A stretch of 27,883 nucleotides of DNA from an uncultured virus (IMG/VR IMGVR_UViG_3300005253_000126) (IMGVR_UViG_3300005253_000126), one strand, 5' to 3'. Positions 1 to 8,402 are shown, counted from the first letter of the stretch. Made by a program: numbers and translations. Notes: generated by a model not told the origin, from the letters alone.

Positions 1-20
1 TTACAAAGTTAGGGCATCAT

Positions 21-48
21 GGCCCGGGGCTTGTATCCACCCCGGGCC
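21..48 (-). terminator. GC-rich hairpin downstream of the major capsid gene (possible terminator or mRNA-stabilising stem)
   Basis: GGCCCGGGG (21-29) pairs with CCCCGGGCC (40-48) around a 10-nt loop, about 35 nt past the capsid stop. There is no clean U-tract on the minus strand. Confidence 0.45.
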
Positions 49-81
49 TAATGCTACCAGTCCCACCCCTCAACGGCCTGT

Positions 82-1053
82 TTAGCCGATGTTGGTGTAC
101 TTGACGACGGCCTCGTCCTCCTCGATCTCGACAGCCACCCTGGCCGTGAGAACGATGATGAACTCCCGCGTGCGGATGTCCTTGTCGACCTCCATCGTCA
201 CCCGACGCTGGATACCCCAGATCAGGTTCAGAGGGTTGGTCAACATGCCGCTCGCGTTCGGGAGCTGCAGTGCCGCGTTGACCGGGACACCGAAGCCGAA
301 GACCGGACCCGTGCCCTGCAACTGCGCATCGCCCAGAGCCGTCTCGCGAGTCGCGAACGTGTCACGATACTCGATGAGCTGGTCCATGGAGACGTAGTGG
401 CGGAGAGCCGCCAGATTGCGCAGGTACTGGTCAGGCATGGTCTTGAGACCGGCCTTGAACAGGTCCTTGCTGACCGTCGCGAATCCGTTGTCCACGAAGT
501 TCACGACACCCGAGAGCTTCAACCACCCGTCCTGGAGAGCCAGGTAGGGGTCGCCGGAGCCGGTATCGCCCAGGAGAGCAAGCTCTTCCAGGTCGATGGC
601 CGCACGCTCGGCGATCAAGGTCATGATCGTGTCCTTGATGCCATCCCGGCTGATACCGCTGCCAGCCGCTGGGCCAGACGCGATGTTGTCGTCGATGGTG
701 CCGCGCTCGATGTTGTCCTCGATCACGTCGTAAGGCAGCCGAACCTCAGCGATCACCTCGCTGGTCGTCAGCGTCACCTGCTCGGTCGTGGGACGAGAAC
801 GCAGACCGGCACCCAGCGCCGTGCCAGACGACGGAGCCGCCGCCATGATACGGGTATTGAAGCCGATCTTGTTGATCTTGCGCACGGGCGCATTCATCCG
901 GACGACGCGTGCATCCCGCAGAATCGTGGGCTGCACATGAACCAGCTTCCGGATAAACTCATCCGTCTGCTCAGGGTTCAGCAATCCGCCTTCTGAGGTC
1001 AGGTCACCTACCGTCCAGTCCGCCTTCTGGATAAGTTTCTTGTTGTCGGTCAT
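82..1053 (-). CDS. Major capsid protein (HK97 fold, PBSX XkdG-like)
   Basis: 323 aa. N-terminal GGLLNPEQTDEFI..., SEVIAEVRLPYDVIEDNIE, AAIDLEELALLGDT, DGWLK and C-terminal NLIWGIQR...E-E-AVV are typical of XkdG-like capsid proteins. GGAGG RBS; follows protease and scaffold. Confidence 0.9.
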   Translation of the reverse strand: MTDNKKLIQKADWTVGDLTSEGGLLNPEQTDEFIRKLVHVQPTILRDARVVRMNAPVRKINKIGFNTRIMAAAPSSGTALGAGLRSRPTTEQVTLTTSEVIAEVRLPYDVIEDNIERGTIDDNIASGPAAGSGISRDGIKDTIMTLIAERAAIDLEELALLGDTGSGDPYLALQDGWLKLSGVVNFVDNGFATVSKDLFKAGLKTMPDQYLRNLAALRHYVSMDQLIEYRDTFATRETALGDAQLQGTGPVFGFGVPVNAALQLPNASGMLTNPLNLIWGIQRRVTMEVDKDIRTREFIIVLTARVAVEIEEDEAVVKYTNIG

Positions 1054-1112
1054 CGTAGATCCTCCAGTTCCTAGTGTTATTTTTCAGCGTGGTATTTAGG
1101 CCCTATCGCCGC

Positions 1113-2513
1113 CTATTCCTTCAGGTCAGCGGTGAAGTCAGCGTTGAACATCTTCTCCATCTGGGTGTTTCCCCAGAAGCCTTTCTTCACCTGCGCTTCA
1201 TCCTTGCGCGTCCGGTCGGCACGCATCCCATCCAAGTCTTCCGGCTGGGTAATGGTGCCCACCAGGGCCGTGCCCTCCACAGCTTTAGTCGCTGCTTTCG
1301 CGGCTTCCTCCACGCTGTTCAGGCGGTCCTGAGATTTGCCCGAGTCCGTTTCGAGCTTGTCGACCTTCGTCGTCAGGCCAGTGATTGCGTTCGTAACGGC
1401 CTGCATCGTCTCCGTGACCTTAGTCAGAGCCTTGAGCATCTCGCCCGTCTCGGCCCCTTGCTGCCCGGCACCCGTACCTACGGGCGGAGGCGGCTGGTTC
1501 GTTGCGCCAGTCTCCATCGGGACACAGTTCCCGTCGACCAGATGCTGACCGGCCGGGCAATCAGCCCGAGGACTCAGGTTGGCGTTGTTCTCGTCCGGGT
1601 TGCCAGGGCTCTTCGTCGCGCCGATAGCCGCGCCATCGTCGCCAGTCGTCGCCTCGGCCCCTGCACCGGCCCCAATAATACCGTGGCCCTGTTCCTCGGC
1701 CGCGCTCTCGACGCAGTTGCCCTTGTCGTCGCGCTGCGTGCCAGGCGGGCAGCCTTGGAAGTCCGTGCCCTCACCAGCGGCGCGATCATGACTCGTCTCA
1801 TGCTCGGCCTTGGCTTTGCCACATTCGGTGCAGGCACCCTTGTTCATGATCTCGAAGCCGTCCAGGTCCTCCAGCTTGAAAGCCACCATCGGCAGCTTCT
1901 TAGTCAGACTCATGACGAACGACTTGTGAGCATCCAGCGCGCTCTCGATCAAGCCGCCTGCGTCCTGGCGCTTCTCGGAGTTGCGCATGATCCCGGAGAC
2001 CGTGCTCATCAGAGCCTCCATGGACATTGCCAGCCCAGGGAAAAAGCCCTTCGTGCTCACGTTCTCGTCGAAGTCCATGCTGTCGGAAAACGGATCGAAA
2101 AACTTCTTGGCGTTACCCCCCAAGATGATCCCGACATCGTCATTCAGCCTCATCGAGACCATCTGACTCTCGTCGTCCGTCCAGTTTTCCTGCTTGAGAA
2201 TGATGACGTTGTCATCCTCCTCTTTGTCCTCGACCTTCAGACCGAGTTCTTTGACCTTCGCGATCAGCTTGTCGGTGTACTTCTCATCCTTACGGATGAC
2301 AACCGCTGCGATGGTCAGCTCGTCAGTTGCGGGGGTGGCACGCTGGCCGTCCCTTTTGCGAAAGAGCATGGCTCCCAGATCAATTCCCATTGCTTTTTCC
2401 TCCTCAGCCTTTAGGATTTTAATGGGTAGCCTATTGGCTCCCCGCTTTACAAGAGAAATCCACCGGACATCTCCGTCAAACAATTCGGTGACCTTAATCT
2501 TCACTATTGCCAT
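1113..2513 (-). CDS. Putative head scaffolding protein
   Basis: 466 aa between protease and capsid. The N-terminal DVRWISLVKRGANR resembles the ISLV..AN segment associated with XkdF-type prohead proteins. Acidic, low-complexity middle with CxxC..H...H and two CPxG..GNCV motifs; C-terminal coiled coil. Confidence 0.65.
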   Translation of the reverse strand: MAIVKIKVTELFDGDVRWISLVKRGANRLPIKILKAEEEKAMGIDLGAMLFRKRDGQRATPATDELTIAAVVIRKDEKYTDKLIAKVKELGLKVEDKEEDDNVIILKQENWTDDESQMVSMRLNDDVGIILGGNAKKFFDPFSDSMDFDENVSTKGFFPGLAMSMEALMSTVSGIMRNSEKRQDAGGLIESALDAHKSFVMSLTKKLPMVAFKLEDLDGFEIMNKGACTECGKAKAEHETSHDRAAGEGTDFQGCPPGTQRDDKGNCVESAAEEQGHGIIGAGAGAEATTGDDGAAIGATKSPGNPDENNANLSPRADCPAGQHLVDGNCVPMETGATNQPPPPVGTGAGQQGAETGEMLKALTKVTETMQAVTNAITGLTTKVDKLETDSGKSQDRLNSVEEAAKAATKAVEGTALVGTITQPEDLDGMRADRTRKDEAQVKKGFWGNTQMEKMFNADFTADLKE

Positions 2514-3105
2514 TTAAGGCCTCCAAGAATGAGAACCGGTGTGCAGGTTCCCCGTTAGGTCCGTCCTCGGTCAGCGTCGGCCGCACTATCTTGTGCGTAT
2601 GGTTCGCGTCCCCCTTCCCTGCCAGCGCCTCTCCTAATACGTCGCCTTCCTTGCTAAAGGTGACCACGAACTTGTGATCATGAGGCTTCGCCTCATTCGC
2701 CACCTTCGTGATCCCCTCGATCTGATCCGGCAGCTCGATCTCAAGTACAGCGCCCCTGGCATGCACAAACCCCTCAAACGAGAGGCCATTGATCTCGCCA
2801 TCCTTGACAGCCTGCCACTCCACGTCGCCTAGTTGTATCCCTACAACCCACGCCCCGAAGATGAAGTCCGGATCGCCGTCCCTTGCGATGAAGGACTCGA
2901 CGAGATCTGCGCCGACCCTTCGGTTATCGTGCTGGCGATCAATCTGCCGCCCTCTACCCGCTACCAGGAAGCCGTGAGCGATCTTCCTGATCTCCTCGGT
3001 CTTCATGAAGTCCCCCTGGCTATCAGGGAGATCCGGCGCGTAGACTTCCGCGTAGATTATCTGAAGCTCTTCATCGACCTTCTTGATCTTCAAAAAGTGC
3101 TCCAT
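2494..3105 (-). CDS. Prohead serine protease, XkdF-like (Peptidase_S78_2 type)
   Basis: QIIYAEVYAPD.PDSQGDFM..EEI...AH.F, IDRQHD, VESFIA, GAWVVG, W..VK.GEINGLSFEG. His-rich C-terminal tail (HDHKF, HTHKI, HRF). Confidence 0.85.
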   Translation of the reverse strand: MEHFLKIKKVDEELQIIYAEVYAPDLPDSQGDFMKTEEIRKIAHGFLVAGRGRQIDRQHDNRRVGADLVESFIARDGDPDFIFGAWVVGIQLGDVEWQAVKDGEINGLSFEGFVHARGAVLEIELPDQIEGITKVANEAKPHDHKFVVTFSKEGDVLGEALAGKGDANHTHKIVRPTLTEDGPNGEPAHRFSFLEALNGNSED

Positions 3106-3135
3106 GTCAGGTCACCCTAGAACTAATTAGCCTAC

Positions 3136-3155
3136 CTGTCCACACGTGTGGACAG
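3136..3155. promoter_or_regulatory. 20-bp perfect palindrome CTGTCCACACGTGTGGACAG (copy 1 of a recurrent motif)
   Basis: Read directly from the sequence; intergenic, 30 nt upstream of the protease start. Confidence 0.75.
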
Positions 3156-3162
3156 AATTAAA

Positions 3163-3702
3163 TCATCGCCTTCTCTTGGGAACGCATCGCCCAGTGACAG
3201 GTTCCCTCACCTTGCCCGGTGGGCACTTCTCGGGGCCTTGCTGGGGACTAAGTAACCCGCCCTCAGTGGCTAGGTCATCCACAGTCAAATCATTCGGGCC
3301 CTGCTTGGGCTTCCGTACCTGCACACACCTGCCGCCCCTCATCCTCATGCCAGGCGGGCATTGCCGCCTCCCTTGTCCAGGGAGATGGACTGCCTTCAGG
3401 CTCTCCAAGAGCATGTCCCTGACTCTCTCTGTCACGCTCTTCTTGCCTTTATCAGACCGTCCCTGACGCCCCCCCAGGCCCTCGCGCGCGCGCCTGCACG
3501 CGGCTGCACGCGAGACACCGATCAGCCTCCGGTGCTTATCGTTCCGGCACGCCCGTCTCATATCCTCCAGGAAGTTCTCGCAGGCCACCTGCTGGCTTAC
3601 GCCGCGCTCGCGGGCAGCCGCGGCGCTTCTACAGGCCGCTGCAAATAGCAGGAATTGACGACGGCTCGTAGATGGCTTGGCCACCCACGTCCGCTCAAAC
3701 AT
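3163..3702 (-). CDS. Basic Arg/Cys-rich head-module protein with a capsid N-terminus-like peptide (start uncertain)
   Basis: Open frame 3163-3747; ATG at 3702 chosen because the upstream start lies inside the palindrome. C-terminus CPPG..GRCV - LTVDDLATEGGLLSPQQ - CPPG..GRCV. Synonymous divergence from the matching capsid segment supports coding status. Confidence 0.7.
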   Translation of the reverse strand: MFERTWVAKPSTSRRQFLLFAAACRSAAAARERGVSQQVACENFLEDMRRACRNDKHRRLIGVSRAAACRRAREGLGGRQGRSDKGKKSVTERVRDMLLESLKAVHLPGQGRRQCPPGMRMRGGRCVQVRKPKQGPNDLTVDDLATEGGLLSPQQGPEKCPPGKVREPVTGRCVPKRRR

Positions 3703-3742
3703 ATTCTTACAAAGGGAGATTGTCACGCATGCGCTCCGGCCA

Positions 3743-3759
3743 TCCACACGTGTGGACAG
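3743..3759. promoter_or_regulatory. Palindrome copy 2, TCCACACGTGTGGACAG
   Basis: 14-bp palindromic core at 3743-3756; 17-bp identity to 3139-3155. Confidence 0.75.
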
Positions 3760-3793
3760 TAGACTGCATGGTGATACTAACTAGCCCGCGTGT

Positions 3794-4531
3794 CTATATC
3801 GTGGTGCGTTTAGGTTGGGGTAGCCTTTCCTGTGTCCTGGGATCAAAGGACTTAGGGTAGTTGGGGTCGCCTTGCCAATCGTAGGTATACCAGGTGCCCT
3901 CAAGTCGGCTGTCCATACACGCCTGACCGCGAGCGAACCAGACCTGGGTATCATTGAACCCATCACCAGAATAAGCCTCGTCCGTTTGCTCTAGTGCCCT
4001 GACTATCTCCACCTTATCCCCGCCCAAGGCAAGGGACTCAGCCAGCCACTTTCTGACCATACCTATTGGAATCCCCGCGTGCCTGCGCTTCAGTATAGTG
4101 CTGTACGCCGATGACATCGTGGCGCAATACTCGCGCACATCTTCACCCGGGAACGGATCATCGGGCCCCGCGAACACCTCCCTGAATCGCCCGATGAACG
4201 GGATAGGGCTATCAAAGGGGGCCTCTCCGATCACTGGAGCGTCATGCTCACGGCCATATACGTCAACCGCCCACACGGCCACCTGCGCGACCACGCCCAG
4301 AGACACGCACAGCAACATGGTCAGAAAATGCCTGGTCACTGAGCCTCCCTCACGGACCTGATCAAGTCGATCACCGTGTCCCAGTTTCCGGATCGTAGCG
4401 TCAATCTCTTCCTGGGGAATAGCACGCGCCTCTTCAAGGCCACGTTTTGTCACCTCGTCATCCAGTTCCTCGAAGGTGACTAGCCTGTCCTTGAATCTGA
4501 TCTCGTCTTTGCCGTCAGCTCTCATGACCAT
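3794..4531 (-). CDS. Hypothetical protein downstream of MuF-toxin (possibly two products; candidate immunity protein plus exported protein)
   Basis: ATG 4531 with AGAGGTG RBS. In-frame GTG at 4339 with GGGAGG RBS, followed by a signal-peptide-like segment (TRHFLTMLLCVSLGVVAQVAVWA). Confidence 0.6.
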   Translation of the reverse strand: MVMRADGKDEIRFKDRLVTFEELDDEVTKRGLEEARAIPQEEIDATIRKLGHGDRLDQVREGGSVTRHFLTMLLCVSLGVVAQVAVWAVDVYGREHDAPVIGEAPFDSPIPFIGRFREVFAGPDDPFPGEDVREYCATMSSAYSTILKRRHAGIPIGMVRKWLAESLALGGDKVEIVRALEQTDEAYSGDGFNDTQVWFARGQACMDSRLEGTWYTYDWQGDPNYPKSFDPRTQERLPQPKRTTI

Positions 4532-4554
4532 AGAATATGCACCTCTACATTTAG

Positions 4555-4563
4555 AGCATAACA
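4555..4563 (-). promoter_or_regulatory. Possible extended -10 promoter TGTTATGCT
   Basis: TGnTAnnnT match in the short gap between the MuF-toxin stop and the next RBS. Confidence 0.35.
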
Positions 4564-4567
4564 CGGA

Positions 4568-6334
4568 TCAAGGGAACGCCACCCCTTTACCCCCAACAAA
4601 GAGAGGGGATCTCCCTTTGGGGACCTGGTTATCCCAGATCGACCAGCGCCCAAAAAACGACTTCAATGCCTGGAAGTTGGCATCGTTGTCGATGTTATTC
4701 AGGACCACGTCCACCGGCACATATCTGCCACGTTTTCTCGGCCCGCTTGCCAGGAACCGGGTCACAGCCCTCAGAGCGGCGTCCTGCCTAGGCAAGAACA
4801 TATAATGGCCCTCGATGCTATACCCCGACTTCTTGAAGTCCTTCAACAGCCCCTGCACCTTGGCCAGGTCGCGCATCGTGGCATCACTGACCACGTTCAG
4901 TCTCAGGTCCCGCGCGATTCTATGGGCCTCGGCGAATATGAATGAGGACTCCTGATGCACCTGGGCAGCATTCCAGCCCCTGAATTCTGGCAGCCCCGCC
5001 TTGATCTTGTCCGGGTCCAGGACGATGTTGGTCTTCGGATCGAATACCCTGCCCTCCAGGGCCCCCTTACCCGATCCACCACGGCCCCCGAGCATAGTGA
5101 ATCTGGGAGCCACCCCTGCCTCTGGCGTGGCCGCGGCCACCGCGTCGGTCGTGAATATGTCACCAAGAATGCTATCGTGCACAGCCAGCCTTTCCGTAGT
5201 CCATGCCCCGTCCACCTTGTGAACGGTATCGGTAGCCCGCAGCCTCCTCAGGTTAATGTCATTCTCGATCACCTCTCTCCTGACGGATGGTGACAGATCA
5301 TCCAGGATCGCGCCCGCCGTGATATTCGGATCGTCGAATTGCTTGGCATACTGATCCAGAGGCAGAGCTGAACGCCCAGGCCTGACACGAGGAGCCACAC
5401 CCGGCTCCAAGGCCCCCGGGGCCCCTACGGTCGGGCCCTTCCTGCTCTTCCTCAATACCCCTCGACAGAATGGGTGATATGGCGGCGTGTCCCAGCCAGC
5501 TCCCGAGAGCTGCTCGGTGTTCATCGCCTTGAGGTTCCGTATCCCGGCCCTGCTCTGGCTGGGCCATGTGGCGATAGTCTTCATGTCGTTCGGGTTGTCC
5601 ACAGACAGCCAGCGATTCAGCTTATCCGCGGCCCCGGCGACTGAGAATACCTTGCCGTTCATCTCCCGACAAACGGGGCAAGTCCGGATGTCTAACTGCT
5701 CCGACACCCGGTAGAATTGGACGTTTCGCGCCGTAGCCTCCTGAGTGAATCCCCAGCTCCCTAACCTGGAGGCATGCAGGCTGCTCGCTAGCAAGATATT
5801 CTGGCCGCCAGCGCCAATGGCCCTCTGCCCTAGATCCACGGCGAACGAACCCACCAGCTTCTGCATAGGGACCCGGCCTTCCTTCTCGTCCAGCTTCTGC
5901 TGTAGGAATATCCGAGCCTCTCTCCTAACCACCTCATTCGTGTCTATCAGCGTCATCTGGAAGATCTCGACCGCCCTGTCAACCACCTCCGGCACCTGTT
6001 CCTTCGCGAATCGGGTGTTCCTGGCCCGCGCGAAGTCGGTAGCCCCAAAGATCACAGCCATCTCCCCCGTGAACCGGGCCCTGCGCTCTTGCCTGCGAGC
6101 CACAGGCCCCAGGTCCAGCTCCTCGACGGCCGCGAATGCCCCGTTGATGTCCCCGGCCTGAAACCGGTCAGCAATCTTCTGGACCACAGAGGAAGCCTCT
6201 CGCTTCCAGGAGTTGAATGTGGGGATGGCCAGGGAGTCCTCGATGGCCAGAAAGGCCTCGCGGCGTACTGTCGTGGCCTGGGGGGCTCTGGACTCCGTTG
6301 TCGCTCTAGTCGGGGCAGCCGCTATATCAACCAT
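4568..6334 (-). CDS. Head morphogenesis protein (MuF/SPP1 gp7 family) with C-terminal zeta-toxin-like P-loop kinase domain
   Basis: MuF motifs LDIRTCPVCREMNGKVF and PPYHPFCRG. C-terminal GGRGGSGKG Walker A (5063-5089), LDPDKIK..LPEF, VHQESS, NVVSDAT, RA..RF....RGRYVP and W..WDN as in zeta-toxin domains. Immediately downstream of the portal; start placed at the ATG overlapping the portal stop (frame open to 6412). Confidence 0.85.
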   Translation of the reverse strand: MVDIAAAPTRATTESRAPQATTVRREAFLAIEDSLAIPTFNSWKREASSVVQKIADRFQAGDINGAFAAVEELDLGPVARRQERRARFTGEMAVIFGATDFARARNTRFAKEQVPEVVDRAVEIFQMTLIDTNEVVRREARIFLQQKLDEKEGRVPMQKLVGSFAVDLGQRAIGAGGQNILLASSLHASRLGSWGFTQEATARNVQFYRVSEQLDIRTCPVCREMNGKVFSVAGAADKLNRWLSVDNPNDMKTIATWPSQSRAGIRNLKAMNTEQLSGAGWDTPPYHPFCRGVLRKSRKGPTVGAPGALEPGVAPRVRPGRSALPLDQYAKQFDDPNITAGAILDDLSPSVRREVIENDINLRRLRATDTVHKVDGAWTTERLAVHDSILGDIFTTDAVAAATPEAGVAPRFTMLGGRGGSGKGALEGRVFDPKTNIVLDPDKIKAGLPEFRGWNAAQVHQESSFIFAEAHRIARDLRLNVVSDATMRDLAKVQGLLKDFKKSGYSIEGHYMFLPRQDAALRAVTRFLASGPRKRGRYVPVDVVLNNIDNDANFQALKSFFGRWSIWDNQVPKGRSPLFVGGKGVAFP

Positions 6335-8279
6335 CGCCGTGGTCATGATCCTGGTGGATGGCCAAGGCTGCAATCTCACTGAGTTGATCGGCCCCCGCGG
6401 GATCGTGGCCATACCCAGCCATCATATTGATAGCCGCCAGGTGATGGAACATCGCCTTGTATTGCTCCGGCAGGTTCTTCACGATCCTGACCATGGTCTT
6501 CCTGGCGTCTGGGCTCGGCTCTTTTTCGCCGACGGTCATCACCGCCCACTCCTGAGCCAGGTGGATCACCTCCTCCATGCCCATCTTCATAGCCCGCTGC
6601 AGGGATTCGCCCCCCTCCCCATTAGGAACCCCCTCGGGAATACCCCCTGGGGGCATCGGTGGGGCAGGCGGCTTGATCATCTCAACCTCTTCAGGGACCT
6701 CAAAGGTCAAATCGACGATCTCGTTCAGGGTCTCCACCACATCCTTGTTAGTTATGGCCCCGGCCTTGATCGCAAGCTCAACGCCCTTGATCTGGCTGTC
6801 CACGTCGCGCAGGGTGATGGCCAGGGAGTGAAATATAAAATCTGGGGCGATCTCCCTCATGATCGTCTTGTTCATCACCTCGTCGAACTCCTCGCGCTCG
6901 GGCTTGAACACCTGGGCCTCTGCGATCATGTACGAGGTCTTGGCCGTCGCGAAGTTCATGTCCTCACTTTTGCCCACGAACAGCGGCGGCAAACGGAAAC
7001 TGGACCGCACGCGTTTCTCGTTGTTCGTGTTGTAGACCTCGAACATGCTGTCCTTCAAGCGCTCAGATCCGAATCTCTCGACTAGCACCTTGACGTTGCC
7101 CGGCTTGTCCATGTCCCCACCGGCCGCGTGTACCTCGATGACCATCGCCCGGTTCTTGCTCGCCCCCTTGCCGCTCAGGTAGGTCTGGATCTGCTGCCTG
7201 ACCACCTCGGTCAGGACACCGCCCTGGATAATGATCATCGCCGGGGGTAGCCCGCCACTGTTGAAAAAGTCCAGATTCAGCTCCTCGGCCTTACGTGAGC
7301 CCAGGATACTGGGGGTCTGATTGATCCACCGCGGCACACCATACGGGGTCCCCGGCATCTTGTTCACCGTGAACATAATCAGCTCGCTGGCCCGGTCGGG
7401 CATCGCGACTGGCTTATCCGCAGTCTCCCAGGCACCGGTCATTTTATTCAGTTCACGGCTGGCCTTATATTCCTTAAAAAAGACCATTCCCTTGCCCCTC
7501 TCGATCTTCGGGGTGCCCGCCACATTCTCCGCCCGCACACTACCGGTGCGCTGCATGTATCTCCTCTCCCTGGTCAGGAGCTTCACATTCATCTCCCGGC
7601 CCCTACGCATGAGCGTGATGTCCTTGACCACAGCCATGTCAAGCCTCACCAGCCTGATGGTCGTCGGGTCAACGTTGTTCACCAACATGATCTCGCCCTT
7701 GGGGTTACGAATCACCTCCAGATACGCAACGCCAGTGACCTCAAGCCCCCGTCTCAACTCGCGCCTCATGGTCATGAACGATGTGTTAGGCCAGGGCTCG
7801 CTGAAAAAATCCTCGGCCACCTGTTGCTTCCTCTTCTGCTCAGCCTCGGCGGCGATCTCCTCGGGGGTGGGGGCCACGGGCACCGGTTCCTCGCCCTCAG
7901 GCGGCTGCTTATCGTCTGCCTCATCCTCGGACGTGCCTAGATCCTTAGGTACAATCTCGTGCCCTGTGCCGTCTATGTTGACCTCCATCGCCGCGATGTT
8001 CTGCATCAGGGCGTTATTATGGGCACACAGATGGACCAGGAGCCTCAGATGAAACGGTGGGTTGATGATCTGCCTGCGGTCGTCCTCGTGCAGGGTCGAG
8101 AACTCGTCATCGGCCGTGAACGCATTGGACTCTAAGACAGCCTGATCCTGCTTGCTCAGTTTCCTGCGCTTAATCAGGGTCACGTCGGTGTTGAGCCCCA
8201 TGGCCTTGAGCGCTTCGGACTGCTCAAGCTCTTCCGGGGTCATGGATGGCTCTTGATTCTTGTCCTTCTTTTTGGGCAC
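6327..8279 (-). CDS. Portal protein, PBSX family
   Basis: 650 aa. LEVTGVAYLEVIRN..GE, YGVPRW, AEELN.DFFNSGGLP, D.MFE.Y....VRSSFRLPPLFVG.SED.NFATA, VF.PER. GTG start with GGAGG RBS. Confidence 0.9.
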   Translation of the reverse strand: MPKKKDKNQEPSMTPEELEQSEALKAMGLNTDVTLIKRRKLSKQDQAVLESNAFTADDEFSTLHEDDRRQIINPPFHLRLLVHLCAHNNALMQNIAAMEVNIDGTGHEIVPKDLGTSEDEADDKQPPEGEEPVPVAPTPEEIAAEAEQKRKQQVAEDFFSEPWPNTSFMTMRRELRRGLEVTGVAYLEVIRNPKGEIMLVNNVDPTTIRLVRLDMAVVKDITLMRRGREMNVKLLTRERRYMQRTGSVRAENVAGTPKIERGKGMVFFKEYKASRELNKMTGAWETADKPVAMPDRASELIMFTVNKMPGTPYGVPRWINQTPSILGSRKAEELNLDFFNSGGLPPAMIIIQGGVLTEVVRQQIQTYLSGKGASKNRAMVIEVHAAGGDMDKPGNVKVLVERFGSERLKDSMFEVYNTNNEKRVRSSFRLPPLFVGKSEDMNFATAKTSYMIAEAQVFKPEREEFDEVMNKTIMREIAPDFIFHSLAITLRDVDSQIKGVELAIKAGAITNKDVVETLNEIVDLTFEVPEEVEMIKPPAPPMPPGGIPEGVPNGEGGESLQRAMKMGMEEVIHLAQEWAVMTVGEKEPSPDARKTMVRIVKNLPEQYKAMFHHLAAINMMAGYGHDPAGADQLSEIAALAIHQDHDHGDG

Positions 8280-8367
8280 GGTAGACTCCTCCAGGTATGC
8301 GAGAAGTCTACACTCACTGAATCAGAAAATCGAGAAAAGGGTACGTTTTGATTCGAAAGAGGGTATT

Positions 8368-8390
8368 AAGGGGATAAATATCCCCTTTTT
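8368..8390. terminator. Intrinsic-terminator-like hairpin AAGGGGATA-AA-TATCCCCTT
   Basis: Inverted repeat 8368-8387, extendable through GGTAT/ATACC, directly after the stop of 8403-9254. The T-run is on the plus side, so it may act in both directions. Confidence 0.6.
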
Positions 8391-8402
8391 ATACCGTTTC
8401 TA

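Noticed and set aside
1074..2414. 446-aa plus-strand ORF and the other long plus-strand ORFs (6213-7085, 7321-8052, 10709-11530, 24152-24922, 25511-26137)
   Set aside because: Antisense shadows of GC-rich minus-strand genes; no recognisable motifs or RBS, and they fully overlap well-supported CDSs.
3136..3759. Palindromic repeats as a CRISPR array
   Set aside because: Copies are hundreds to thousands of bases apart with no regular spacers, and no cas genes are present.
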